Shown one piece after another: positions 36,100-49,519 of a stretch of 64,000 nt of DNA. Within the stretch, counting starts at the first letter, position 1, and each line of letters opens with the position of its first letter. The position numbers and the translations under genes are program-made. The notes below the pieces were generated by a model. That model was not told the DNA's origin and did not search any database. It worked only from the letters and a program-made list of their open reading frames with translations. Location: positions 83,888,001 to 83,952,000 of the forward strand of contig CM059432.1 in the NCBI GenBank assembly GCA_030390025.1. Direction: 5' to 3'. This DNA comes from Squalus acanthias (taxonomy: Eukaryota).

Positions 36100-39000
36100 G
36101 CAGAGCCAATAGACCTGGGCGGAACTGGAGCGGCAGTGGGAGCAGAATAAAGAGCGCGGTGAGAGGAGGCCTGAGAGCAGAGCCAGCGGGGGAGGAGCAG
36201 CGAGGCTCCAATTCAATCACAAAAAAAAATCAAGACATCACAGGTAAGCAGGTAGGTGGTTGATGGTGAGTATTTCTTTTCTCTTCGGACTGAGGGCTAG
36301 GTTACAGTAAAGATCTATAGCATATAACTAAATTTATAACTAGCTAAACTTATTTTAATAAATTTAATAAATTAAACAAGGTTATAACCTAGTTTACCTA
36401 GAGTAAAAACTATAAATAGACAATTGATTGATACTGACATAATTAATTAAATAAAATACAATAGAGATGGCAAGGCAGGTGATGTGTTGCAGCTGTAGCA
36501 TGTGGGAGCTGGTGGACACCAGTGTGATCCAAAACGACCACATCTGCAGTAAGTGTCTGCAGCTCGAGGAACTTCGGCTCAGAGTTGATGAGCTGGAGTC
36601 CGAGCTGCAGACATTGCGATACATCAGAGAGGGAGAAAGTTACCTGGACACTTTGTTCCAGGAGGCAGTCACACCCCTTAGGTTAAATATTTCAGATTTG
36701 GCCTGTGGTCAGGGACAGGAGAGTGTGACTGCGAGTGAGGCAGGTATGGAGATCCAGGAGGTAGCATTGGAGGAGCCTCAGCCCTTGCACTTGTCCAACA
36801 GTTACGAGGTTCTTGCAACCTGTGTGGATGAGAGCAGGGACTGCAGGGAGGATGAGCAAACTGACCACGGCACCGTGGTACAGAGGGCCATTCAGGTGGG
36901 GGATGTAAAAAGGAATGTCGTAGTGATAGGAGACAGTATAGTTAGGGGGATAGATACTGTTCTCTGCAGCTGAGAATGTGAGTCCTGAAGGCTGTGTTGC
37001 CTGCCAGGGTTAAGGACATCTCCTCGGGGCTGGAGAGGAACTTGGAGTGGGAGGGGAAGGATCCAGTTGTCGTGGTCCACGTAGGAACCAACGACATAGG
37101 TAAGACTAAGAAAGAGGTTCTGCTGAGGGAGTATGAGCAGCTAGGGTCTAAATTAAAAAGCAGAACCACAAAGGTAATAATCTCAGGATTACTACCTGAG
37201 CCACGAGCAAATTGGCAGAGGGTCAATAAGATCAGAGAGTTGAATGCGTGGCTCAAGGATTGCTGTGGGAGAAATGGGTTTCGATTCATGGGGCACTGGT
37301 ACCAGTACTGTGGAAAGAGGAAGCTGTTCCGTTGGTATGGCCTTCACTTGAACCATGCTGGGACCAGTGTCCTGGTGAATTGAATAACTAGGGCTGTAGA
37401 TAGGGCTTTAAACTAAATAGTGGGGGGGAGGGTTCAAGCGAGGAGAAATTTAGAAAGTTAAAGAGAAAGGACAGGGCAATAGTGCAGGGTAGCAATATGG
37501 GCAATGGAAACCAGAGTGTGACAGGAAGGGACAGAGCGTACAAACATAAGAGTGCACCAGTAAATAAGGTCAGAGTAGGGAAAAATAATAAAAAGACAAA
37601 ATTAAAGGCTCTTTATCTGAATGCACGCAGCATTCGTAACAAGATTGATGAATTGACGGCACAAATAGAAATAAATGGGTATGATCTAATAGCCATCACA
37701 GAGACGGGTTGCAATGTGACCAAGGCTGGGAACTGAATATTCAGGGGTATTTGACAGGTGGGGTAGCTCTGTTAATAAAGGAAGAGATCAGTACAATAGT
37801 GAGAAATGATCTTGGCTCGGAAGTTCCAGATGTAGAATCAATTTGGGTGGAGGTAAGAAATAGTAAGGGAAAGAAGGCACTGGTGGGAGTAGTCAATAGG
37901 CCCCCTAACAGTAGCTACACTATAGGACGGAGTATAAATCAAGAAATAATGGGGGCTTGTAAGAAAGGTACTGCAATAATTGTGGGCAATCTTAATCTTC
38001 ATATAGATTGGACAAATCAAATTGGCAAAGCATCCTTGAGGACAAGTTCATAGAGTGTATTCAGGACAGTTTCTTGGAATAATACGTTGTGGAACCGACC
38101 AGGGAACAGGCTATTTTAGATCTGCTAATGTGTAATGAAACTGGATTAATTCATGATCTCATAGTAAAGGATCCTCTAGGGAAGAGTGATCATAGCATGG
38201 TAGAATTCCATATCCAGTTTGAAGGTGAGAAACTTGGGTCTGAAACTAGAGTATTAAATTTCAATAAAGGCAATTAAAAAGGTATGAGGAGAGAGTTGGC
38301 TAAAGTGGATTGGGAAAATAGATTAGAAGGTAAGACGGTAGAAAAGCAGTGGCAGACATTTAAAGAGATATTTCATGACTCTGAACAAAGATATATTTCA
38401 GTGAGAAAGAAAGACTCGAAGAGAAGGATAAACCAACCATAGCTAACCAAGGAAATTAAGGATGTTATCAAACTGAAAGAAAAGGCATACAATGTTGCAA
38501 AGGTTAGTGTTAGGCCAGAAGATTGGGAACATTTTAGAAACCAGCAAAGGATGACTAAAAAAATAATAAAGAGGGAGAAAATAGCTTATGAGAGTAAACT
38601 AACAAGAAATATAAAAAAACTGACAGTAAGAGCTTCAACAAGTATATAAAAAGGAAGAGAGTAGCTAAAGTAAATGTTGGTCCCTTAGAGGACGAGACTG
38701 GGGAAATAATAATGGGAAACAAGGAAATGGCAGAGGCATTAAACAAATATTTTGTATCTGTCTTCACAGAAGAGGACACTAAAAACATCCCAGTAATAGT
38801 AGAAAATCAAGGGGCAAAAGGGAGGGAGCAACTTAAAACAATCACTATCACTAGAGAAAAAGTGCTAGGCAAACTTACGGGTCTAGAGACTGACAAGTCT
38901 CCAGGACCTGATGGTCTGCATCCTAGGGTCTTAAAAGAAGTGGCTACAGAGATAGTGGATGCATTGGTTGTAATCTACCAAAATTCCCTTGACTCTGGAA

Positions 39001-41240
39001 AAGTCCAAGCGGATTGGAAAGCTGCAAATGTAATGCCCTTATTTAAAAAAGGGAGACAGAAAGCAGGAAACTATAGGCCAGTTAGCTTAACATCTGTCAT
39101 TGGCAAAATGCTCGAATCCATTATTAAGGAAGTAGTAGCAGGGCATTTAGAAAATCATAATACAATCAAACAGAGTCAACATGGTTTTATGAAAGGGAAA
39201 TCGTGTTTGATAAATCTATTAGAGTTCTTTGAGGAGGTAACGAGCAGGGTGGATAAAGGGGAACCAGTAGATGTAGTGTATTTGGATTTCCAAAAGGCAT
39301 TCGACAAGGTGCCACATAAAAGGTTACTGCATAAGATAAGAGCTCATGGTGTTGGGGGTAATATATTAGATTGGATAGAGGATTGGCTAATGAACAGAAA
39401 ACAGCGAGTCGGGATAAATGGGTCATTTTCAGGATGGCAATCTGTAACTAGTGGGGTGCCACAGGGATCAGTGCTGGTGCCTCAACTATTTTCAATCTAT
39501 ATTAATGACTTGGATGAAGGAAGCGAGTGTATTATAGCCAAATTTGCAGACGATACAAAGATAGGTGGGAAAGCAAGTTGTGAGGAGAACATAAAGGGCT
39601 GGATTTTGATACTGGGGCGGGTTGGGGTCGTGTCATCCGCATTTCGTGTTATCCACCCGACTGCAATTGGATGTGGGAGATTGATGCAATTTTCACCTAA
39701 TTGGGAAATTGAGTTCCAGCATGTGGGAACCCATGAACTAATTAGTGGTTTCAGTCTGAAAATCGCCTCTGATGATGTCATCATTGCTGCTGCATTGTAG
39801 GTCAGAGACTGCCTGGTCTCAGAGACTGCCTGGCCTTTGCTGTGAGAGGACCTTGATGCAAAATGAGCAGCATCTCAGAGAGAGAGAGAGAGAGAGAGAG
39901 AGAATTTTTTTTGCATCCAGGTCCTCTCACAGCAAAGGCCAGGCAGTCTCTGAAGACATTCAATGCAGCAGCATCAGAGGCGACTTTCAGACCTACTACT
40001 ACTACCTTCATCACATCTCCGTTGTAATAGTGGACCTGCAGCTGATAGTCAGCTATCCACTTGTGCTCCCGCCAGGTTTCACTGGCGTGTTTCACATCAG
40101 GCGTGCTTCACGTGGGAAAAGGGTTAAACTAGCTAAAACGTTTCAAAATGGCATTGCAGAGCCAATTTAGGGCTTGTTAAGGGCTTTAATGGCCTCTCCC
40201 GCCTCTTGGAGGCGGGACGGAGTCGGGAACACCGCACACGATTTTATCAAAATTGCGTGGAGGTGGAATGGAGGCGGGATCAGGTCCGCCCGCCACTTTT
40301 CGCAATTTTAACCCCCCACATGCATCCAAACCCACCTCCACGGCCCTATGAAAATCCAGCCAAAAGAGTCTGCAAAGGGATATAGACAGGTTAAGTGAGT
40401 GGGCAAGAATTTGGCAGATGGAGTATAATGTGGGAAAATGTGAAGTTATCCACTTTGGTAGGAAGAATAGAAAAGAAAAATATTATTTAAATGGAGAAAG
40501 ACTACAGAATGCGGCGGTACAGAGGGATTTGGGTGTCCTCGTACATAAAACACAACAAGTTAACATGCAGGTACAGCAAGTAATTCGGAAGGCAAATGGA
40601 ATGTTGGCCTTTATTGCAAGGGGGATAGAGTATAAAAGTAGGGAAGTCTTGCTACAACTGTACAGGGCGCTGGTGAGATCACACCTAAAGTACTGTGTAC
40701 AGTTTTGGTCCCCTTATTTAAGGAGGGATATACTTGCATTGGAGACAGTTCAGAGAAGGTTCACTAGGTTGATTCCTGGGATGGAAGGCTTGTCTTATGA
40801 GGAAAGGTTGAGCAGGTTGGGCCTATACTCATTGGAGTTTAGAAGAATGAGAGGTGATCTTATTGAAACATATAAGATTCTGAAGGGGTTGGACAGGATA
40901 GATGCTGAGAGGATGTTTCCCCTCGTGGGGGAATCTAGAACGAGGGGGCATAGTCTCAGAATAAGGGGTCGCCCATTTAAGACAGAGATGAGGAGGAATT
41001 TCTTCTCTCAGAGGGTCGTGAATCTTTGGAATTCATTGAATATATTCAAGGCTGAGATAGACAGATTTTTGAGCAACAAGGGAGTCAAGGGTTATGGGGA
41101 GTGGGTAGGAAAGTGGAGTTGAGGCCAGAATCGGATCAGCCATGATCTCATTAAATGGCGGAGTAGGCTCGAGGGGCCGAATGGCCCTATTTCTATTATT
41201 CTATATTCTATCCCTGCTCCTATTTCTTATGTTCTTATGT
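36100..41240 (+). mobile_element. Near full-length CR1 LINE, interrupted by a MITE
   Basis: ORF1 (~36467-37415) has a CxxC...CxxC zinc finger/leucine zipper and SGNH esterase motifs (GDSIVRG, HVGTNDI, GLHLN). ORF2 has an APE endonuclease (YLNARSI, GKSDH) and RT (NYRPVSL, YLDFQKAFDKV, GVPQGSVL, KFADDTK), ends at 41122, and is followed by a (TTCTTATG)-like tail. Many stops and frameshifts. Confidence 0.93.
39596..40362. mobile_element. Non-autonomous Harbinger-type MITE inserted in the CR1 RT domain
   Basis: Termini GGGCTGGATTTT / AAAATCCAGCCA; AAA duplicated on both sides. Removing it restores CR1 (ATAAAGAGTCTGCAAAGGGAT). Contains an (AG)n tract at ~39877-39903. Confidence 0.88.
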
Positions 41241-41697
41241 TAATCTAATACCATCTATTGCCATGTTATGATGGGCTCTTGCTATATAGTAACCAATGAC
41301 AAATAAATACTCATCACAATGTGTGACACCTAATCAATCACTTCTTCTAAATCATTCCTTCGTGAAAGGAGAAACAGTGTTAGTTGGCTGCAGGGTTTCA
41401 CCAAGATCCTGGGAATCTATAGCACTTTGGCCTCCCTGGCTGCACATTGCATAGACATGTCATAGACAGATTTTTGGTGCCAATATTACTATTCTTTGCT
41501 TTGACATATATGTTAACATTCTGGCCTAAGTAACCTAAGTACTCACTGGCGGGAAGCTCACCTTATCTGGCACCAGTGCATATCACATATTTGTGGGAGT
41601 GTGTAGGGGATTTTCAAATATATGTAGGTAATGGATGAGCTTCCTTGCTGCCAGTGCATACTCAGAAAATGTAGGCATCAGATGTAAAGGACATTAT

Positions 41698-43770
41698 GGG
41701 GCTGATTTCTGTGTGGGGTTTCAACGCTGAATGTGTGAAAGTGGAGCCTGGTGTTCCTGAGTGAAAGCTAAGGAAATGTCAGCCCCTGGCTGCAAAGCAT
41801 GCAGCCAAAGATCTCAGGGTCCTGTTGTGAAATGAAGGATGCTCACAGAGCATCAGCCACATGTTGGAGGCACTGCAGTTTCTCAGCAAATGTATGTCAG
41901 TTGGATGGCAATAGTGGTGGAGTTCAATGCCATTCTCTGAAGTACAATCTGAGAGGGATTTTCATCAGCTTCAGAAACATGAGCATTCTTGATTGCAAAG
42001 CCTCCAGGTCAGCATATTCAATGTGGCAGCATTGACTACAGGCCTTCAGACCTTGGGAGATCATAGAAGTCACTACCCATCGATCCCTCTAATATATCCA
42101 AAGCAGCACCTTGGAGGGCTTGGAGGATATCTGATACATTTGCCCTGAGTTTTAGGGATATTAGTGTTTTCATCAAGTCTGTTCTCCACAGATCATGGCC
42201 CACAGAATCCTCTTCCTAGTTCAAGTGGGATAGCTGGATAGCGTACTTCCTCCGAGTTCCTCAAGACAGCAGCACAAAAGAGCTGACTGGACAATCTCCC
42301 CAGATGCCTTCAAAAGTAGAAAGAAAAGAGCGGAACCAGGCTGCAGATGAGCCAATGCCAAGTACACAGCCTGTTGTAGATCTATCTCAGGACTCAGCAG
42401 CCCCAGGAGATGGCATCCCAAGAGGCTCATTGTAGTTCTAAGCAGGCATCAACATCTCAGACCCCTGGCCCACCCACATATGGCATTTAAACCAAAATGC
42501 CTCAAGAAAAGTAGAAGTGTTACTCGGGATGTGCAAAGAGAAATGTCCTTGTAAATATCATGTTAGTTTTTTAAATTTAGTGAAATGGTTAATATTTTGT
42601 GACTGTGATGTGTAACTTTGAGTTTTCCAGTTGCTGTTGCATATAAGGAGGAATGGAAGGACATTAAGTAAAGGCTAGTAGGTCAAGATAGAGCTTCCTC
42701 TATGAAGGAAAGGGTACTTTGATCAACAGTGGTTTATGCTTTAGCGAAGGCGTCCTGAATAAGTTTAACTTGCTGCTGCTTCCTCTTCCTGTGGTTAGTG
42801 TCTAGCCGTCATGGTGTCACCATCTGCCTCTCTCTACTCCTCCTCTGACATGTCAATCTTTAAGAATTTCTGGATAGTGAAGTTGTGGAGGACACAACAG
42901 ACTATCAAATATGGAAGGCCTCCCCGACCTATCCAGGCATCTGAATCTTCTTTATAGCATGTCTATTGATTGCTTTATTCAAATTTGTGTTCTTATGTGA
43001 GAATAATTGTATCTCTTCTGCCACATAGGTGATCCTGCACTCAGGGATATGTCATGGGAGAAGAGAGTAGCCTTTACCTCCAATGAGCCATCCTGACATG
43101 CCCTTCATTTTGAAACAGAGCAGGGATACTCAACTGCCAGATGGTAAATACGTCATGGCAACTGCTGGCATAATTTTCATCATGTGAAGAAATTAGTGCC
43201 TTTCATCACATATTAGTTGAGCATTCAGGGAGTGAAATCTCTTTCTGTTGATGAAATGATAAGGATTGTCAGTCATGGCATATATAGCCAAATTGCACCA
43301 AGAACCTTGGGAAATCCTGCAACTCAATAGAAAGTGGTAGCGTGCTCATTCGTGTGTCTCTGAGCAGCATCAAACTTGATAAATTGGGCACCCCTAGCAA
43401 AGAGTGCATTAGTGACTTGCCTTATCGTAGTACTAGCAATACATTGACTTACGTGGCAAAAGTCATGAGTCATACCTTGAAATAAGCCAGTTGCAAAAAA
43501 ATGGAATGCTGTTGTAATCTTCTCTACAACTGTAAGCACAGCCCTAAATCCAGATCTGGATTGCACATCCAGCTGCAACAGTAAGCAGAGTTCCTCTAGG
43601 GCTTCTGGATTGAATCACAGCCTCATAAGACATAACTCCAAAGATATAGGAAGAAACACCTAGGTCTATTCACCCTGTTCGCAGGGTAACAACAAGGCGG
43701 TCTGATTTTTCTTAGGTGCTGCCTTATTAGGTGTGCTTCCCATGCACCGCTTGCTCTTCCTCCAACATAA
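41698..43770 (-). mobile_element. Decayed Harbinger element; transposase relic at ~42730-43680
   Basis: LTVVEKITTAFHFFATGLFQG...IRQVTNALF; reverse-strand GFPKVLGA, NRKRFHSLNAQL, GKGY and RRFRCLDR motifs. Boundaries uncertain. Confidence 0.72.
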
Positions 43771-43776
43771 CATATT

Positions 43777-44520
43777 GGGCCAAAAATTCATCCCGCTGCG
43801 CGAGAGTACGCACTGCGTACTCTCGCGTATTCTCTCTCCAATTGCCGGTTTTCTGCATGCCCTGCGCATGCGCTGAAAACCGGCACTTGGTCTTTGGAAA
43901 AGGGGGCGGTTCCTCAGTGCATCGCGTGCGCGCTACAGGCTGCGCGCACGCTGTGCACTTCGTGCTTTGGACGCGTAGGTAAGGACGGAAGATTTTAGAA
44001 ATGGAAAAAGGAGGAGTAAGACCCACTTTTAACAAGGTAAGTAGTGAATTAAGTATTTTTTTGAATTTTTTTTAACAGGTATATCTTTTTTAGAGACTTT
44101 AAAGACAGGTAAGTTTATTTTTATAACTTTTTAAAAGATTTTAAATTTTTTCAAAAATTTTATTTTTTATTTAAAATGGTTAATTTATTTAACTATACTT
44201 ATTTTATTAATGTGATGGTTTTTAAAAAAAATTTAATTGAGGTTTAGCTGTTATTTTGGGGGGGTGTAAGATTCATAGCTTTCACAGCACGTATGTGAAA
44301 CTTATGAATGGAAGATGGTGTGCTGCTATTGGCTCTAACTGAGTCATGTGATCCCACAGCTCGCACGAATTCACTACGCCGGTGGGATACGCAAGCACTG
44401 CCCAGCTGATGTCTGGAACATCAAGTTCGTGCGAGCTGGATCTGAAAAAGCCAACGCGGAGTGAGAGATCGCGCCTGCTCCTTACCCCCGCGGGAACAGA
44501 GCGAGATCAATTTCTGGGCC
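43777..44520. mobile_element. Harbinger-type MITE
   Basis: Termini GGGCCAAAAATT / AATTTCTGGGCC; TSD ATT on both sides; CpG-rich ends around an AT-rich core. Confidence 0.85.
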
Positions 44521-45013
44521 ATTAAAATATATAATGGAAGCCGATTTTGCAACTTTCACAGCTTTTATCCCAAGTTCTCCAGGCAGAAAGCCTCTCCAGG
44601 AGGACTTGGATTGGAAGCTAAAGGCTTCACATAAACAGGAGAATTCTTTTTCCAAAAATATGCAGCTAAAGCAAAGTTACAGCCAAAACATTTTTTCCTA
44701 CCGAACAGTATATAGCGTAGGCACTTCTTCCTTCTACCCTCACTACCAGTGTAACTTGTGACTCATTTTAAACAGGGTAGAACCCAGCAGATCTAGGTTC
44801 TGCCCCAAATTCCTGCCCCCCATTGCAAGAAATCCCACAGTTGAACCCGCCCTACCTCCAGAAACTTCAGGGCCTTTGAGTTTCACTCTTATGGTTTCTT
44901 ACATCATCTGAATCCTTGAGAACGTTATTTTCTTCCTACATTTACTGCACTATTTGTTACTGTTCATTACAATAAAATTCAATATTAAGTAAAAATAGAA
45001 GTCCTTTTATTAC

Positions 45014-45194
45014 CTGTAGCAGAATCCGTAACAGCTTGACTAGTGATAGTTGGTGAATCTTGGAGCTGGTATGTTGTGGTGGTCGAAGGAGTTGTTGGAC
45101 TGCTGTTGTTGCTTGTCATATAAGGGGAAGGGTATGGAGAATTGTTATAATACTGTGCATATTGTCCCTGGCCAAAGCCTGCATAAGAATATTC
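45014..45194 (-). CDS. EYA1: EYA1 internal coding exon (181 bp), Tyr/Pro/Ser/Thr-rich region
   Basis: ttttctag|GAA TAT...GCT ACA G|gtaata; translates [71 protein letters not shown] and YQLQ motifs match EYA1. Phase 0 to 1. Confidence 0.95.
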
Positions 45195-45339
45195 CTAGAA
45201 AAGGCAAGATAAACATATTTAGATTCTGTTTAAAAATTGTTACTTTCAATTTGAAATAACTAATTTAGTTTTGTATATATGTTTTGCACCTAAATTGATT
45301 ACATCAATAATAATGACACAGTTCCATTGTGCTCATTCC

Positions 45340-47760
45340 ATGCAGAGAGATGTTCCATGCAGTGGTTAATGGGGGAAGAAAAGAGCAGAGTCAGGAGGTG
45401 GCAAAGCACAGTCAAAGAGAATGGTTTTAAGGAGGTTTTTGAAGGACATAGATCAATAGGCAAGATGCTGAGGGAGGGAGGGAGTTCCAGAGGACAGAAA
45501 AAAATGACTGAATGAATGGCTGAGTGATGGTGGAGCAGAGGAAGGGGGGTGGCGGGGGGTACGTTTAAGAAGTAGACCAATGCTGATGGATCAGAGGTTA
45601 CACCTAGGGATAAAAGATTGTAAAAAATCATGGAAGTAGATCATTGGGACACTCAAAGTGGGAAACCGGTTGACTTTAGCGAGGACAGGGGTGATGGAGT
45701 TGTGGACCTTGTTGTGGGTGCGGACATGGGCTGTGGCATTCTTGATGATTATTAGTTTATGGATAGTGGAAGTAGGGAGGCTGACAATGATAGTGTTGAA
45801 GAAGTCCAGCCATGGGTTGATAAAAGGTGGATTAGGGAGGCAGGAAATGTTGTGAAGGTGACAGAAAATGGCCTTAGTGACAGATCGGCTATGGAGACAG
45901 AAGGTTAATTCAGGGTTGAGCTGTACTCCAATGTTCCCCACCTTTAAGCCTGAGGAGAAAGAATTGGAGGTGAAACTGGAGCAGCGTAGGTATTTGTGGG
46001 AGGGTGATTTAATTTTTGCCGACATTACGCTGGTTTAAATTTTGGCTTATCCATATATTAATATTGACTAGGCAGTTGGAAACATTGGCAACAGCTGTAA
46101 GGTCAATGGAGGAGGTGATGAAATGGATCCGAGTCAGCATACAAGTGAAAGATAACCCCATTAACATTAGAAGAAAGAAAAAAAGAACTTCCCTTTATAT
46201 AGCACTTTTCCCAACCTTAGGACATTCCAAAGTGCATTACAGCCAATTAAGTACTTTTGAAGTGTAGTCACTGTTTTAATATAGGAAACGCGGCAGTCAA
46301 TTTGCACACAGCAAGGTCCCATAAACAGCAATGTGATAATGACCAGATAATCTATTTTAGAGGTGTTGGTTGAGGGTTAAATATTGGCCAAGAATCCCCT
46401 GTTCTTCTTTGAAATAGTGCCATGGGATCTTTTATATTCACCTGAGAGAGCAGAAGTTGGTTTAACGTCTCATTTGAAAGACAACAGTGCAGCACTCCCT
46501 GAGTACTGCACTGGAGTGTCAGCCTAGATTTTGTACTCAAGTCTCTGAAGTGGGATTTGAACCCACAAACTTCTGACTCAGAGGTGAGACTGCTACCACT
46601 GAGCCATGGCTAACACATTGATGAGGGGTAGGATGCTACTAATGAACAGAAGGGGGCCAAGGATGGTTTCCTAGGGTACACAACGGTGACCATCTGGCAA
46701 AGGAGAAACCACTGAAATTAATGTAACATGCATGGTGTGCCAGGTAAGAATGGAACCAGGAGAGAACTGCCATGAAGACGGATGGTACAGCACAGAGGAG
46801 GCCTTTTGCTCCACTGTGTCTGTGCCAGTTCTTTGCTAGAGCAGTCCAAAAGTAATGCATAGTTTTAGAGGATGGATGAGTTGAGAATAGGTTTTTTGAA
46901 AGGGTTGTGAGATTTGGAAGATGTAGAGACTGAGACAGAGGATAGGGACAGGTTTATATTGTCAATAATCCTGGGATTCAGAAGGGATAGTTGGGTGATC
47001 AGCAACTGGGATGGAAGGGAGTTAAAGAACAAGTGGTGGGATTCATGGATGAGATAAATTTAGTGATTGCAGTGGGGCAGGAGCTGGAGGAGACATGAAG
47101 GAAAAATAGGGTGTGGATTCCCAAAGGGAGAATAGACAGGGGAAAGGCTGGAAGAGAAAGGGTAAGGCTCAGTGAAGGCAGAGTCAGCAGAGCAAATGTC
47201 CTCGATTTTGGTCAAGAAGAAGTCCATGAGCTCCTCACATTTTGTGTCTGAGGTGAAGATGGAAGGTGCAAAGTCGGTGGTCAGAGGAGACAGTTTGTTG
47301 TGTAGTGGAGGAGTTTGGCGTTGTTCCTGCTCTTCCAGATGATTTTAGAGTAGTAGGAGGACTTGATGGTGGCAAGAGAAGAATGGCAGAACTTGAGGTA
47401 ATTTAAGCCATATTTGGTGATAGATAGCTAGACTAGTCACTTGCCAAATATGCTTCAGCTTATGGCCAATGGTGTTGAGGCCCTGGAAGTGGCTACTGTA
47501 CTGGCGAAGCAGTAGAGATGGAAAGCCATTCGTTTCTAATCGGGACAAGAACATTGGAGATGGCGAGGCAAGGCAGTGGTTGCGGAGGACAAAAATGTCA
47601 TCCCAGATCAGGGACAAAGTTGGGGGAGGTAACTAAATGAGAGGACATGAGTGTTGGAGGGTGGCTTTTTCCAGGTGTGGAAGGTGATGGCTGAATTGTT
47701 GGGGGAAGGCAGGGGATATGTGAGAGAAAGGATACAAGGAAGTGATCAGAGAAAATCTCT
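45340..47760 (-). mobile_element. Old degenerate L2 LINE
   Basis: Collinear with the L2 at 16335-18780 (e.g. GGGGGCCAAGGATGG, AAGTCCATGAGCTC); SINE nested at 46170-46617. Confidence 0.65.
46170..46617 (-). mobile_element. Deu-domain SINE inserted in an L2
   Basis: Reverse complement of the 27352 copy (TGCTACCACTGAGCCATGGCT head; GTGCCATGGGATCTTTTA core). Confidence 0.82.
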
Positions 47761-47882
47761 TGATGATAGAGACCTCAGAGGTCACAAAGCCACAAGGGAA
47801 TGGCCTTGTGTGTGGGCCACCTTACAACAAAATTACGAATATGTTAAAACAAGAGTTACTCATTTTTACTCACTACAACTTT

Positions 47883-48618
47883 GGCCCGTAATTTGTATTG
47901 AGAATAACGGTGAGGCTAACAGTGCTCACCATTATTATGGAGTAAATCGGACAGCAACTTCCAGAGTATGCACATGCGCAGTTAAACGTGGAAATCTGGA
48001 AGTTGTGGTCAGAGTTGCCTCGCTGATAGACTCGGCATTGAAATCAAAGTAAGGGCGTGAAGTTGCGGTACCTATCTACTAGTTACCTGCTAAACACGTC
48101 AGAAAAAGTTAGGGCTGGTGCATTCAGGTGTAAGTGAATTTTTAACGGTGCGATGTTATAATTACTGCCAAACAACCTCTCTGGCCCTGAAAATTTAATT
48201 TTACAAGTGTAGAATCTCATTTCTTCAGAATTTAATCAGTGTTGAAGATTTAAAAATAAATGATTATTTTTCTTTTTCTGTCTTGTTTAACTCTCTCTCT
48301 TAATCCCATCTTTCTTTTCCAATCTTTATTTTGTTTTCTGTATATGATTTAAAGCTAATTTATACTTTGTGGTTTATACTTCTTGGTTTAGATTCTGCGT
48401 GTCCTCAGAGAGTATTCTTCAATCTGATTGGTTGAAGAACCTCGCTGTTGCTTCTCCTACTCACAGACGCCTCAGATCCCCTGGAGAGGGTGCCACACTG
48501 GATCAGACACCCGATGACAACAAGTCTCTGTTCAAATGCCCACAAAAACTCTGTGGGCACTGTCAGCGTAGTGAACGACGAGCGCCGTTCCTTTGCCCCT
48601 GACTGCAAAATCTGGGCC
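47883..48618. mobile_element. Harbinger-type MITE (same family as 3134-3871)
   Basis: Termini GGCCCGTAATTTG / CAAAATCTGGGCC; internal CAACCTCTCTGGCCC...TCTCATT block shared with the 3134 copy. Confidence 0.75.
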
Positions 48619-49519
48619 AATAACTTTAAACTTTTCAATCCCAATTTTGTATATTTTCCTGCTTTTTAGGTCTGTCTTTTGTATATTATTCTTGAACCAG
48701 GAGAATGGGTAGCCAAGGTTATTGGCTTTGAACAATTCTGCTCTCAAAGTGACTGCTCAAAGGGGTAAGAGCAGTGTGGAAAGCTTTATGCTGTTGTTAA
48801 ACTGTACCTAGCAATGCAGCATTTGTGGAGTAATGTGAGAGGCGAACAAGAGTTACACTGACTATTTGGATCATTGTGAAATGATGGTTGGGCAGAGTGC
48901 TTTGTGTGCAGAACCAAAGCAATGCACAAAGTGCTGCTTACTGGCCTCCTAGTTTTCTGCTGATTGACAAGAGTGGAAATTGAATGGCAGTTATTAGCAA
49001 GTAAATTAAAAAAATATATAAACAGAAAGCAGTTGCAGCTGTGTGAAGCAAACCAATGAAAAAGTTTTCTTGCTTACACTAATACTGCACCGTTGGCACC
49101 TGCAAGCCAAACTTCTTGGTGCGCTGCGATGTCAAAGCTGCAGTGTGAAGCTTGTATTGCCCTCTGACCTTTCCTCCCTCTGGGAACTCAGTTTGGAATT
49201 ACTGTTTCGCACTGCTTAATTACTGCTCACACTTACATTTGACTTTATACAATGTTCTTCTTTTAAACATAAGCTGAAACTTTCCAAGCATATACTTCCA
49301 ACAATATTTTCATTGCATTTAAAAAGGCATTGTTACAGCTTGAGGGTTTGTCTTTGGAACCAATCTTGAGAAACTAAGAACAGTTTGCTCAAAAACTCCT
49401 TTTGTGAGCTGTTACATGAGCCACCTTTGAAATTTGGCAGCTGCAATATCTATTGTCGTGTGATTTGACTTTTTTGTCTGTTCTGAAGAGAGTGCTCATT
49501 CTTCATGTATGATATTAGA

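Noticed and set aside
38712..39800. 362-aa ORF as an intact RT gene
   Set aside because: CR1 ORF2 fragment that reads through into the MITE after KASCEENIK; upstream parts have stops and frameshifts.
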